Source: Longimicrobiales bacterium
GTDB lineage: Bacteria > Gemmatimonadota > Gemmatimonadetes > Longimicrobiales > Gaopeijiaceae
DNA: 64,000 nucleotides
NCBI GenBank assembly: GCA_965219445.1
Contig: CBDCNQ010000005.1
Coordinates: 256,001-320,000 of the forward strand
Direction of reading: 5' to 3'
In this document: piece after piece, positions 1 to 8,977 of the stretch
How positions within the stretch are numbered: the first letter of the stretch is position 1
Layout of the letters: each line of letters begins with the position of its first letter
Made by a program: the position numbers and the translations under genes
Notes under the pieces: model-generated
The model's input: the letters and a program-made list of their open reading frames with translations, nothing else
What the model was told of the DNA's origin: nothing
The model's database searches: none

Positions 1-812
1 GAGATGCCGCCATGGCGGTGCTCGGCATTATACCAACGGAAGAACGAGCGACAGAAGGTCTTGGCTTGCCCCTGATCCCCGAACCGGCCGGGAAACGAGG
101 GATGGTACTTCAAGGTCTTGAACTGAGCCTCGGAGAACGGATTGTCATCCGAGACCTGGGGTCGGCCCAACGAGCGGGTCACGCCGAGATCGGCGAGTAG
201 TTGAGCCGTGCATTGGCTCGTCATCGGAGCCCCTCGATCGGAATGCAGGGTCAGGAGGTGGGGCTGGACGCCATGCTTCAAGCAACTCTGCTGGATCAGC
301 CGGCTGGCCAGGGCAGAGTTCTCCCGATCCGCCACCATCCATCCCACGACGTAGCGGCTGAAGATGTCCAGGATCACGTAGAGGTAGAAGTAACTCCACT
401 TCTTCGGCCCCAGCAGCCGGGTGATATCCCAGGACCAGACCTGGTTCGGGCCCCTCGCCATCAACTCGGGCTTCTGGTATTTGGGATGACTCCGCTGCGC
501 TCGACGCTCCTGAACCGGCACCTGGGAAGCCAGAACGCGATACATCGTACGCTCGCTGCACAGGTAGACGTCCTCGTCGAGCAGCGTCGCCACCACCTCG
601 GCTGGGGACCGGTCCACGAACCGCTCCGAACACAGGGTGTCGAAAATCTTGTCCCGCTCCCTCTCACTTAAGGCCCGGGCGGGGGTCGGGCGGGGCTGCT
701 GATGCCCGGTCGATGCACTCCGACGACGGTAGAACGTGGCTCGCGGCACCCTGAGCGCATCGCACGCGGGCTTCACCCCTACGTGCTTGGCTAGCTCCTG
801 GGTCGCCTTCAT
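1..812 (-). CDS. IS3-family transposase OrfB (rve/DDE integrase core), partial
   Basis: Read manually: MKATQELAKHVGVKPACDALRVPRATFYRR...VWSWDIT...YLYVILDIFSRYVVGW...LHSDRG...DNPFSEAQFKTLK. The ATG overlaps the orfA stop (ATGA) and the frame runs off the window. Confidence 0.9.
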   Translation of the reverse strand, partial: MKATQELAKHVGVKPACDALRVPRATFYRRRSASTGHQQPRPTPARALSERERDKIFDTLCSERFVDRSPAEVVATLLDEDVYLCSERTMYRVLASQVPVQERRAQRSHPKYQKPELMARGPNQVWSWDITRLLGPKKWSYFYLYVILDIFSRYVVGWMVADRENSALASRLIQQSCLKHGVQPHLLTLHSDRGAPMTSQCTAQLLADLGVTRSLGRPQVSDDNPFSEAQFKTLKYHPSFPGRFGDQGQAKTFCRSFFRWYNAEHRHGGI

Positions 813-1258
813 GAGTTCGTCCCGTCCTCGAGGCTCAATCCCAGCAGCCCTGCAACTTTTCCCTGGACGTCGATGATCAAGTGCGCCTTCTGGAGCTCCT
901 TCTCGAGGCGAGTGTTCTCGCGCTCCAGCTTGCGCACCTTCTCCTCCAGCGGATTGCGCTCGCGCTTACGGCCTCGTTTCTTCGACAGCGCTTTCAGGGA
1001 CCCGCTATGCGCCGCCTTGCGCCATGTCGTCAGGTGCGACGAGTACAAGCCCTCCCGCCGTAGGAGTCGGCCAACCTCTCCGGGCTCCGTGCACCGGTCC
1101 GCTTCTTCGACGATCCGCAGCTTGTACGACGGAGCGAACCGCCGGCGCAGCGGCCTATCTACCACCTCCGAGTCCGCAGGAGCTGCCGCGCTTCGCTTAC
1201 CGTCCCAGGTTGGTGGGGCTATTCCATTCTCTTTCATTCTCTCTCGGTGTCTCAGCAT
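809..1258 (-). CDS. IS3-family transposase OrfA (HTH plus coiled coil)
   Basis: RRRFAPSYKLRIVEEAD...LLRREGLYSSHLTTWRK...LERENTRLEKEL. Confidence 0.9.
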   Translation of the reverse strand: MLRHRERMKENGIAPPTWDGKRSAAAPADSEVVDRPLRRRFAPSYKLRIVEEADRCTEPGEVGRLLRREGLYSSHLTTWRKAAHSGSLKALSKKRGRKRERNPLEEKVRKLERENTRLEKELQKAHLIIDVQGKVAGLLGLSLEDGTNS

Positions 1259-1304
1259 CCTCGGTTTCTCTGCCTTCGCCCTACTCTAATTCCTTAGCTG
1301 CTCC

Positions 1305-1829
1305 GTGTCTCACGTAAGTTGGCAGAGAGGGCGCCAGCTTGGACCGCAAGACGTTGACGAGTACGTCGTGCTTCGACGTGAATCGCTCAAAGACAGTCCA
1401 CTAGCGTTCGCCGCCTCTCCTGAAACGGATCGCGGAGCGTCGCCTGACTTCATTCGGGAAGACCTAACCAATCCGCGGTCCGCAATATTCGGCGCTTTCG
1501 ATCCCGATCTCTTCGGCGTCGCCGGGATCGTCGCCAGCAAAGGAAAATCTTCACATACCGCTCACATCTGGGGCATGTATGTGAAGCCGGTTCATCGAGG
1601 TGCGGGCGCGGGGCGGGCTCTGCTCGAGGCGGTGACTCAGTTCGCTGCGGAATTAGAGGCCGTGGAACAGATCCAACTGAGTGTGGCAGAAAGCGCGAGT
1701 GCGGCTCACGGCCTTTACCTATCTGCTGGATTCGAGACATGGGGAACGGAGCCTGACGGTCTTCGGCATGGCTTCGCATCGGTCGCCGTCTTGCACATGG
1801 TAAAGAAAGTCCCGGGCCGCGCTCTCTAA
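1305..1829 (+). CDS. GNAT N-acetyltransferase; native start probably displaced by the IS
   Basis: AHIWGMYVKPVHRGAGAGRALL and LYLSAGF motifs. The first ~9 codons lie within the IS end. Confidence 0.8.
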   Translation: MSHVSWQRGRQLGPQDVDEYVVLRRESLKDSPLAFAASPETDRGASPDFIREDLTNPRSAIFGAFDPDLFGVAGIVASKGKSSHTAHIWGMYVKPVHRGAGAGRALLEAVTQFAAELEAVEQIQLSVAESASAAHGLYLSAGFETWGTEPDGLRHGFASVAVLHMVKKVPGRAL

Positions 1830-2054
1830 CACCACTAAGAAGGACCGGAGGGCAGCCGACAGTGCGCCTCTAAGCCACGAGGACGCTCTAGGCTACGCAG
1901 GATACCGAATAAATACCGAAGACACTTAGAACGCAAATACAGGCTTCTGAAAGGGTTCTGCTTGCGCCTACCGGTCCACTGTCGGATGTTGAGCGCAGTC
2001 TGATCCTCCCACGCCGAGGACATCGGCTCGTCAAGCAACCAAGAGGAGCTTCAC

Positions 2055-2399
2055 ATGCCTGCCACAACCTTCGCCGTACCTCTATTGCCTGGAACGACCG
2101 AGGCCTGGAAGCAGGCCGCAGCAGAGATGACTGGCCCTCGCAGGGCTGAGTTCGAGGAGTCGCGCCGGCGCATGGGTCTGACCCGTGAGGTGGTGAGCCT
2201 CCAGCAAACACCCGAAGGAGATTACGTGGTTGTTTGCATCGAAGGAGATGACCCTGATGGGGTGGTATCGAAATATCTGAACTCGGACGCGCCATTCGAT
2301 CGTTGGTTCGCCGAGACGATACTCATCGGTACTCACGGGATGGATGCTTCGCAGGAGCCACCTCCTCCCAATCAGGTCTTCGTCGATTGGCGGGCGTAG
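2055..2399 (+). CDS. conserved hypothetical protein (small alpha/beta)
   Basis: GAGGAG RBS; coherent 114-aa ORF. Confidence 0.7.
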   Translation: MPATTFAVPLLPGTTEAWKQAAAEMTGPRRAEFEESRRRMGLTREVVSLQQTPEGDYVVVCIEGDDPDGVVSKYLNSDAPFDRWFAETILIGTHGMDASQEPPPPNQVFVDWRA

Positions 2400-2449
2400 C
2401 GGAGCAGCGAGTAGCATGTTGCTCGCTCTGATCTCGCCGAGCTAACACG

Positions 2450-2602
2450 ATGTCCGATCCAGTCGCCCGTCTCAACGCGGCTCTACAGGGTCGCTACCGC
2501 ATCGAGTCCGAACTCGGTGAAGGCGGCATGGCTATGGTGTACTTGGCCGAGGACGAGCGTGCACCTTGGGCTGGCGACGGCCTCGCAGGGGGAGGTTCCT
2601 GA
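2450..2602 (+). pseudogene. 5' fragment of a Hanks-type Ser/Thr protein kinase
   Basis: MSDPVARLNAALQGRYRIESELGEGGMAMVYLAEDE contains the kinase subdomain I glycine loop; unrelated sequence and a stop follow. Confidence 0.85.
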
Positions 2603-2679
2603 CAGCAGGGTGCCAAACTCGCAAAAGCGTCTTTGAAATGCCTATCCCTACTTCCATAGCCCGCGCCAGGCGTCATCTC

Positions 2680-3410
2680 ATGGCGACGATCGTGGTGTCG
2701 ATCACTCTCTCTCTGTCGACACAGGGGAAGGCGGACGCCCAGGCTCCGAGCCTATCGATGAACCTCGAGTGGTGGCACCCGTTCGCCGCCGGTGCCGGGG
2801 TAGCCACCCTCTTCCTGATCGATGAGCCCGTCCGCGACTTCCTCCAGGATCATCGGAGCGATGGGCTCAATGACCTGGGGGACGTCACGACGCACTTCAT
2901 GGACCCAGAGAAGTGTTTTGGATCTCGGGCGGCAGCGCCATCGCGCTCGGCCTGATCACGCAGGAGCCGAAAGTGACCGCCACGGGAGCGCACATCCTCG
3001 CCGCGTACGGCATTTCGTCGTGGATGATGATCGGCACGAAGTGGGCGTTCGGGCGATCACGCCCGTCGGACACTCCGGACGATCCGACCAACTTCGACTG
3101 GTTCGATGGTGGCGAGAACTCAGCCTTCCCGTCTGGAAGCGCCACTGTCGTCTTCAGCCTCGCCACCACGGTCGCCGACGCCGTCGACCGAAGGCCAGTG
3201 TCCGTTGTGTTGTACACGGGCGCCACCTTGAACGCCTGGGCCCGCCTGAACAGCGACCGGCACTGGTTGAGCGACGTCACGCTCGGCGCGCTGTACGGGG
3301 TGACGGCCGCCAAGCTCGTCAACGGCGAGTGGACAATCTTCGGCCTCGAGCTGCCGGCGATGTGGACGGATGGGCGCTCGGTGGGGCTGGGCTACACCCT
3401 CAGGTTCTGA
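2680..3410 (+). pseudogene. PAP2-family phosphatase, frameshifted at about 2908-2912
   Basis: KWAFGRSRP, FPSG and ARLNSDRHWLSDV motifs lie in ORF 2913-3410; the signal-peptide half is in another frame, joined at CCAGAGAAGTG. Confidence 0.75.
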
Positions 3411-3432
3411 CGCCTTGGATGATAGAAGCGAG

Positions 3433-3470
3433 GCGGCCACCTCCATCGTTCGGAGGTGGCCGTCTTCTCG
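3433..3470 (+). terminator. intrinsic terminator-like hairpin
   Basis: GCGGCCACCTCC-atcgttc-GGAGGTGGCCGT followed by CTTCT, just after the PAP2 gene. Confidence 0.65.
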
Positions 3471-4037
3471 TTCAGGACGCACCTTCGAGCAATCAGCGAG
3501 CCGCCCCAGCATCGTTCGATCTAAGGATTCTTCAACGACCGAGTCGCAACTATTCATTACATCCGCCCTCGCAATTTTTCCGGTTTTCGATTTTCGGTGT
3601 TCTCGTCTGAGACTGTAAGGCGGGTGGTTGTGGAATAGACCTTCCCCCTACGCACTCTGCACTCGCGTACTACGTCATTCGACGGCCAGGTGGTGGACGA
3701 AGAGGATGCCCAGCGGGGCGCACATGCGCAGGAGCTGGAGGAGTGCGGCTTCGACGTGTAGGGGTAGACCTTCCTCGCACAGGCCGCCGGATCGGGTTGC
3801 ACGCCATGGGCTTCGCCGCCTCCCTAAAGAGAGAGAGCAAGGTATTCGCAAGGGTAGGGGGCGGCAACCGAGAGAGGCGTGAGATCGCCGGCAAACCGGA
3901 GAACCAGCCGCCCCGCATCCGCACCGCCCGATGAGGGCGTTCTAACCAGCGATGGCTACTGACGTGGGGTCCGGCTAGATTGGGGGTGGTCACCACCGTA
4001 GCCGCGCAGCAGGAAGTAACGTAAAGCCGACTTATAA

Positions 4038-4937
4038 TTGGAGTGTTTGGTGCGGGCATTGTCAGTCTCTTTGAGTGCCGTCGCGCTTACGCTCCTCACG
4101 GCTGGGCCCGGTCCGTGGGACGACCCCTCGCGTGAGGAGCGCCCGGCCAGAACAGGTGAGCCGGTCGAATACACGTCTTTTCTGAGTCCGGCGGCGCTTT
4201 CCAGGGCCTTGGGGCTCGGCAGGTCGAACACCGCACCGGACGGAGCCACCCAGCAGGCAGAGGGAGTGCCGCGCGAGTTCTACTTCTCACGCGTTGCGTA
4301 TTCAGGATACGGGAGAGGGTACGGGCGGGGTTGGGGAAGATGGGCCACGGACTACCCGAAGGCTGACCAGATCTTTCTCTCGTTCATCGACCGCTTGCTC
4401 TCGAACCTCGACGCCTTCGAGCGTGAGCACCCCGTCCGTTTGGACGACCCTGGGGTCAGACGCTTCCCCTTCCTCTACGCTCTCGAGGTCGGTAGCATGG
4501 CCCTCACCGAGCCAGAAATCGCTGGGCTCCGGGACTACCTCCTCGCCGGAGGTTTTCTGGTCATCGACGACTTCTGGGGTTCGAGACAGTGGGCCAACTG
4601 GGAGAACGAGATCCGATCGGTGCTTCCCGGCTACGAGATTGTCGACCTGTCCCTCGACCATCCGATCTTCACGGCCTTCTACGAGATCGACGAGATCCTT
4701 CAAGTCCCCAACGTCCGCAACGGCATCCGTGGCGGGCCGACGCACCAGTCAGACGGGTACGTCCCCATGGTCAAAGGGATCCACGACGAGAACGGCCGAC
4801 TGATGGTGGTCATCAACTGGAACACCGACCTCGGCGACGCCTGGGAGTGGGCGGACAATCCCCGCTACCCCCTCAAGTACTCGACTTATGCGTACGAGAT
4901 GGGCGTGAATATGATCGTCTACGCGATGAGTCACTGA
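4038..4937 (+). CDS. DUF4159-domain protein
   Basis: WATDYPKAD, LRDYLLAGGFLVIDDFWG, NTDLGDAWEW, GVNMIVYAMSH; start codon uncertain. Confidence 0.8.
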   Translation: MECLVRALSVSLSAVALTLLTAGPGPWDDPSREERPARTGEPVEYTSFLSPAALSRALGLGRSNTAPDGATQQAEGVPREFYFSRVAYSGYGRGYGRGWGRWATDYPKADQIFLSFIDRLLSNLDAFEREHPVRLDDPGVRRFPFLYALEVGSMALTEPEIAGLRDYLLAGGFLVIDDFWGSRQWANWENEIRSVLPGYEIVDLSLDHPIFTAFYEIDEILQVPNVRNGIRGGPTHQSDGYVPMVKGIHDENGRLMVVINWNTDLGDAWEWADNPRYPLKYSTYAYEMGVNMIVYAMSH

Positions 4938-5029
4938 CTCGAGACATTTCTTCCGTTCGGCGGGCTGGGCACCTATGATGGCCGGGCCCGTCTCTGCTCC
5001 GACCACCTGCTTTCCTGCAAGGAGCCCGT

Positions 5030-6115
5030 ATGTCGCTGGACCACTATGTCACCCTCGGACGGTCCGGCCTCCGGGTCAGCCCGTTCTGTCTCGGCGCGAT
5101 GACGTTCGGAGAGGACTGGGGATGGGGCTCGAGCGTTGCCGACGCCGAAGCCATCTTGACGCGGTACATGGAGGAGGGCGGAAACTTCATCGACACCGCC
5201 AACTTCTACACCAAGGGGCACTCGGAGAAAATCATCGGTGACTACATCCGCCAGCGCGGGCTACGGCGCGACCAGCTCGTGATCGGAACCAAGTTCTTCT
5301 CCAACCTCTTTCCGTCCGACCCGAACGCCGGGGGGGCCAGCCGCAAGTCGCTGACTGCTGCCTGCGACGAGTCGCTGCGGCGGATGCAGACCGACTACAT
5401 CGACCTCTACTGGATGCACCTGTGGGACCGGTTCACCCCGATCGACGAGACCATGCGCGCACTCGATGACCTCGTGACTGCAGGTAAGGTCCGGTACATT
5501 GGGTTCTCTGACACGCCGGCGTGGAAGGTGGCGCAAGCGCAGGTCACGGCGGCCTTTCGCGACTGGACGCCGCTCGTCGCTCTACAGATCGAATACTCGC
5601 TGATCGAGCGCACGGTCGAAGGCGAGTTGGTCCCGATGGCCCAGGAGCTCGGTCTCGGAATCACTCCTTGGTCGCCGCTGCGGGGCGGCGTGCTGACGGG
5701 AAAATACACCCGTGAGAACCTAGAGGAGGTCGAGCCGGGGCGCGGTGAGCGTGTCACAGCGTTCCTGACCGAGCGGACGTTCAAAATAATCGATGAGCTG
5801 GTTCGCATCGCCGCGGAGCACGATACGAGCCCGGCGGCGATCGCTCTGGCCTGGGTGCAGGCGAGACCGGGTGTCGACTCGACCATCATCGGCGCTCGCA
5901 CGATGGCTCAGCTCGAGAGCAATCTCGTCGGACTAGGTGTGACGTTGGACGAGGCCCAGAGGGCAGCGCTCGACGAGCTATCGGCGCCGACCCTGGGCTT
6001 CCCGATTCGGTTCCTCAAGATGGCTCAGAACTTCATGCATGCGGGGGCGACGGTCGACGGAGTGCCGTCGGAGCCTATTCCATTGGCGCCGGTGAGCGAC
6101 GAGGAGAGGTATTAG
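5030..6115 (+). CDS. aldo/keto reductase
   Basis: LGRSGLRVSPFCLGAMTFG, IDTANFY, TDYIDLYWMH, GKVRYIGFS, PWSPL. Confidence 0.95.
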   Translation: MSLDHYVTLGRSGLRVSPFCLGAMTFGEDWGWGSSVADAEAILTRYMEEGGNFIDTANFYTKGHSEKIIGDYIRQRGLRRDQLVIGTKFFSNLFPSDPNAGGASRKSLTAACDESLRRMQTDYIDLYWMHLWDRFTPIDETMRALDDLVTAGKVRYIGFSDTPAWKVAQAQVTAAFRDWTPLVALQIEYSLIERTVEGELVPMAQELGLGITPWSPLRGGVLTGKYTRENLEEVEPGRGERVTAFLTERTFKIIDELVRIAAEHDTSPAAIALAWVQARPGVDSTIIGARTMAQLESNLVGLGVTLDEAQRAALDELSAPTLGFPIRFLKMAQNFMHAGATVDGVPSEPIPLAPVSDEERY

Positions 6116-6152
6116 GCCCGGATGCGACTGCCGGCGATTGAAGGAGGCCAGC

Positions 6153-6470
6153 GTGGCGTACTACTTGGTTGAAGCAGTGGCGAAGGAAGACCGACTCCCA
6201 GAGCTCTCAGAGCGGTTGGACAGAGACGAGTTCCTTCCCATGCGCCCCTTCGGCGCGTCCGTCACATTGTCGCTGCGTGGGGCCCGCAAGCGTCCCGATG
6301 GCGGAGTGGTTTGGGAGGAGGAGGACTATTGCTCACCGCCACTCGCCCAGGAACGCGCGGCGGTGCTCGACGAGTACTTCGAGGACCTTCGTGTCACAGC
6401 CGTCCAAAGAAATGAGGGCTGGGCCGAGATTCGTGATCTGCCGCGACTCTTCCCGGAGTTGGCGGAGTAA
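6153..6470 (+). CDS. conserved hypothetical protein
   Basis: AAGGAGG RBS before GTG; WEEEDYCSPPLAQER motif. Confidence 0.7.
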   Translation: MAYYLVEAVAKEDRLPELSERLDRDEFLPMRPFGASVTLSLRGARKRPDGGVVWEEEDYCSPPLAQERAAVLDEYFEDLRVTAVQRNEGWAEIRDLPRLFPELAE

Positions 6471-6690
6471 CGCGTCACAACACCGCCTCTCCTGCAGGGA
6501 GTCATCCTTCCGATCGCGCGGGCTCGCCCCACGCAAGGTGCCGTCGAGCGGATCCCGAGCCCCATGAATTTCCGCGCTTGCTAATCCGTTGGGTTCCGGC
6601 ACATCGTGAAATAGCGACATTTCCGCTTCCCTCGACGAGGACATCATGTTGAGTGCCTCGCCGTCCCAATCGTAGCCGGAACCGCCCCGC

Positions 6691-7602
6691 ATGGCCTCGA
6701 CGACGAGCTTTCCCCCCGGTCCCCTGCGCGTCGAGAACGTGGGTGTGTCTGCTGGCGGCACTTGCATCCTCAAGATGGTGGATCTGACGCTTCACCCCGG
6801 GGAAATGTGCGCGCTCATCGGTCCCTCTGGAGCGGGAAAGAGCACGCTTATCAAGGTGCTCCTGGGCCTTCGGGATCCTGACGAGGGGTCCGTGATGATG
6901 GGACCACTGCCTGTGGCGGAGCTGGGCCCGGTTGGCTACGTGCCCCAGGACGACGCACTCCACCGGGGGCTCACCGTGCGGCGTGAGCTGGCCTATGCCG
7001 CAGAGCTGCGCATGCCGGGGACGAGCGCGGACGAGCGTCAGTCCCGGATCGAGGAGATCCTCGATCAGGTCGACCTTGGTGACCGTTCCGAAGTCCGCAT
7101 TCGCCGGCTCTCCGGTGGTCAGAGAAAACGTGTGTCATTGGCCCTCGAGCTCCTGACCGGCCCGCCGTTGCTCATCCTCGACGAGCCGACTTCGGGTCTC
7201 GACCCCGGCCTCGAGGCGCGTACGATGACACTCCTGTCCCAAGTCGCGGGGACCGGCCGGATCGTCCTCGTGGCCACCCACGCCATGGAGAGCATCGAGC
7301 GGGCCCAAGCGCTGTGCGTGTTGGTGGGCGGACACGTCGCCTTCTTCGGGCCGCCCCGAAAGGCGCTCGCGTACTTCCGGGTCGATCGGTACGCCGAACT
7401 CTTCCGCCAGCTCGAGAAACAATCGCCGTCGTCGTGGCACCTCGCCGCCAGCGCGGACCCGGACCAGCGGACGTTTCTCCGCCGCCCGGGCCCCGCGCTC
7501 CGTTCGCCAGCCGCCCGAGCAGGTGGGGAGAGAGGTCAGACCAGCGCTGACGAAGCCCTCGACCGCCTGAAGGCTCGGATGGGGAGCCCGCAGGTTCCGT
7601 GA
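6691..7602 (+). CDS. ABC transporter ATP-binding protein (ABCG/ABC-2 type)
   Basis: GPSGAGKST, LSGGQRKR, ILDEPTSGLD, H-loop. Confidence 0.95.
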   Translation: MASTTSFPPGPLRVENVGVSAGGTCILKMVDLTLHPGEMCALIGPSGAGKSTLIKVLLGLRDPDEGSVMMGPLPVAELGPVGYVPQDDALHRGLTVRRELAYAAELRMPGTSADERQSRIEEILDQVDLGDRSEVRIRRLSGGQRKRVSLALELLTGPPLLILDEPTSGLDPGLEARTMTLLSQVAGTGRIVLVATHAMESIERAQALCVLVGGHVAFFGPPRKALAYFRVDRYAELFRQLEKQSPSSWHLAASADPDQRTFLRRPGPALRSPAARAGGERGQTSADEALDRLKARMGSPQVP

Positions 7603-8336
7603 GCACGCCGCGCCGGCAGTCATACGTCCTGGCAGCCCGCTACCGGGACTGCTTGCTCGGTGACATGGGTGGCCTCGTCCTGATTCTGGCGCAGGCCCCC
7701 CTCATCGGATGGCTGTGCGCCGTGGTGTGGGGGTCCATCGAGAGTGACACGCCCGCGCTCTACTTCGTGCTCTGCCTTGCGGCCGTCTGGTTCGGGTGTA
7801 TCAACGCCTGCCGTGAAATCGTAAAGGAGCGGGCCATCCTCGAGCGGGAGCGCCTCTTCGGCCTCCGCCCCCGCGATTACGTCATCTCCAAGGTGTGGGT
7901 GCTGGCCGCCCTGGGCGCGGCTCAGGTCGTCCTGTTGCAGGGGACGGTGGAGTGGCACCTCCAGCTTCGTGGTCCCATGCCGTTGGAGCTTCTGGCACTC
8001 TTCGGTGCCTCGGTGGCGGGCACCGGCCTCGGCCTCCTCGTCAGCGCCCTGGCAACGACACAGGAGCGGGCGGTGTTCGCGGTGCCGCTTCTCCTCCTTC
8101 CACAAATTTTGTTCTCCCAGCTGGCGATCCCCAATACTCTTTATAGTGACGTCGTCGCTGCCGTGGAGAAGGCGATGCCTGTACACTGGGCCTTCCGCGT
8201 GTTCGAGGAGAGCGCCGCCCTCGAGCCTCGCTGGCACATGGTTGCGCTATTTCTGGTCATCCTGCTGGCCATGTGCACGGCCCTCGTCGTCGCCGCTATG
8301 GTGTCCCTGCTCCCCCGGCGTGAGGTCGTGACATGA
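7599..8336 (+). CDS. ABC-2 type permease
   Basis: About six hydrophobic segments; REIVKERAILERER; GTGA overlap with the ATPase. Confidence 0.9.
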   Translation: MSTPRRQSYVLAARYRDCLLGDMGGLVLILAQAPLIGWLCAVVWGSIESDTPALYFVLCLAAVWFGCINACREIVKERAILERERLFGLRPRDYVISKVWVLAALGAAQVVLLQGTVEWHLQLRGPMPLELLALFGASVAGTGLGLLVSALATTQERAVFAVPLLLLPQILFSQLAIPNTLYSDVVAAVEKAMPVHWAFRVFEESAALEPRWHMVALFLVILLAMCTALVVAAMVSLLPRREVVT

Positions 8337-8824
8337 AAAAGGCCGTGACAGTCCTTCTGGCGCTCACCCTTCTCCTGGGAGGCTACCTCGCCGTAGCGCA
8401 CGTCTCCGGGGGCGCCTTCTCAACGCTGGGCCTGGCCCTCGGCGGGAACCGCGCCGAGCTTCGGCGCATGGCGCTCGCGTTCATAGAGGACATCCAGTTC
8501 AAGGATTTCGTGAGCGCGGCGAGCTACCACGCGCCCGACCTACGCGACAGCGTCGACATTCCGTTTCTTATCCAGCGACTCTTCACGGTGAGACCGGAGG
8601 CCCTCGACATTATGGACTACGAGGTCGTCTTCGCGGAGGTCGACTCAGGCGGGCTGCGGGCCCGGGTAAAGTTGCGCGTAAAGGTGAAGCTCCTCCTGGA
8701 CGGGCGTATCGAGGAGCGGGAGCTCTTACTCTACTTCCGACGCGACAGCGTCGACGATCCCTGGTACATGAGACTGGAAGACAGCCTCCGCCAGCTCTCG
8801 CCGGACTCGACAAAGCGAAGCTGA
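8333..8824 (+). CDS. exported or membrane-anchored hypothetical protein
   Basis: ATGA overlap with the permease; N-terminal hydrophobic segment. Confidence 0.75.
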   Translation: MKKAVTVLLALTLLLGGYLAVAHVSGGAFSTLGLALGGNRAELRRMALAFIEDIQFKDFVSAASYHAPDLRDSVDIPFLIQRLFTVRPEALDIMDYEVVFAEVDSGGLRARVKLRVKVKLLLDGRIEERELLLYFRRDSVDDPWYMRLEDSLRQLSPDSTKRS

Positions 8825-8882
8825 CGGCTCCGCCGCCCTCCAGCGCTCGCATCTGATTTGGCGCTTCTCGGAGCGTGCGGCC

Positions 8883-8959
8883 TGTGCGCGAAAGCCTGCT
8901 ATGTCGTATGATGACTGCCACGCTCCCGTGGCTTTCAGGCACGCATGACCGGTCCCATC
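8883..8959 (+). repeat. 77-bp dispersed repeat, copy A (promoter-like block plus kinase-start stub)
   Basis: Ungapped match to 58199-58275, 62/77 identical by manual count; contains a TATGAT -10-like hexamer. Confidence 0.85.
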
Positions 8960-8977
8960 AAGGCGAGGAAATGAGAA

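Larger units (their letters stand above)
1..1331 (-). mobile_element. IS3-family-type insertion sequence, cut off by the window edge
   Basis: orfA plus DDE orfB on the minus strand; terminal sequence TGTCTCACGTAAGTTGGCA(GAGAGGG) at about 1306-1331. The exact end (1324 or 1331) is uncertain because the other end lies outside the window. Confidence 0.85.

Noticed and set aside
12..671. Plus-strand ORFs 12-200 and 201-671
   Set aside because: Antisense shadows of the IS3 OrfB.
1824..1994. Possible integron attC after the GNAT gene (CTCTAAC ... GTTGAGC)
   Set aside because: The span of about 170 bp is too long, there is no clear internal L-box palindrome, and no integrase is visible.
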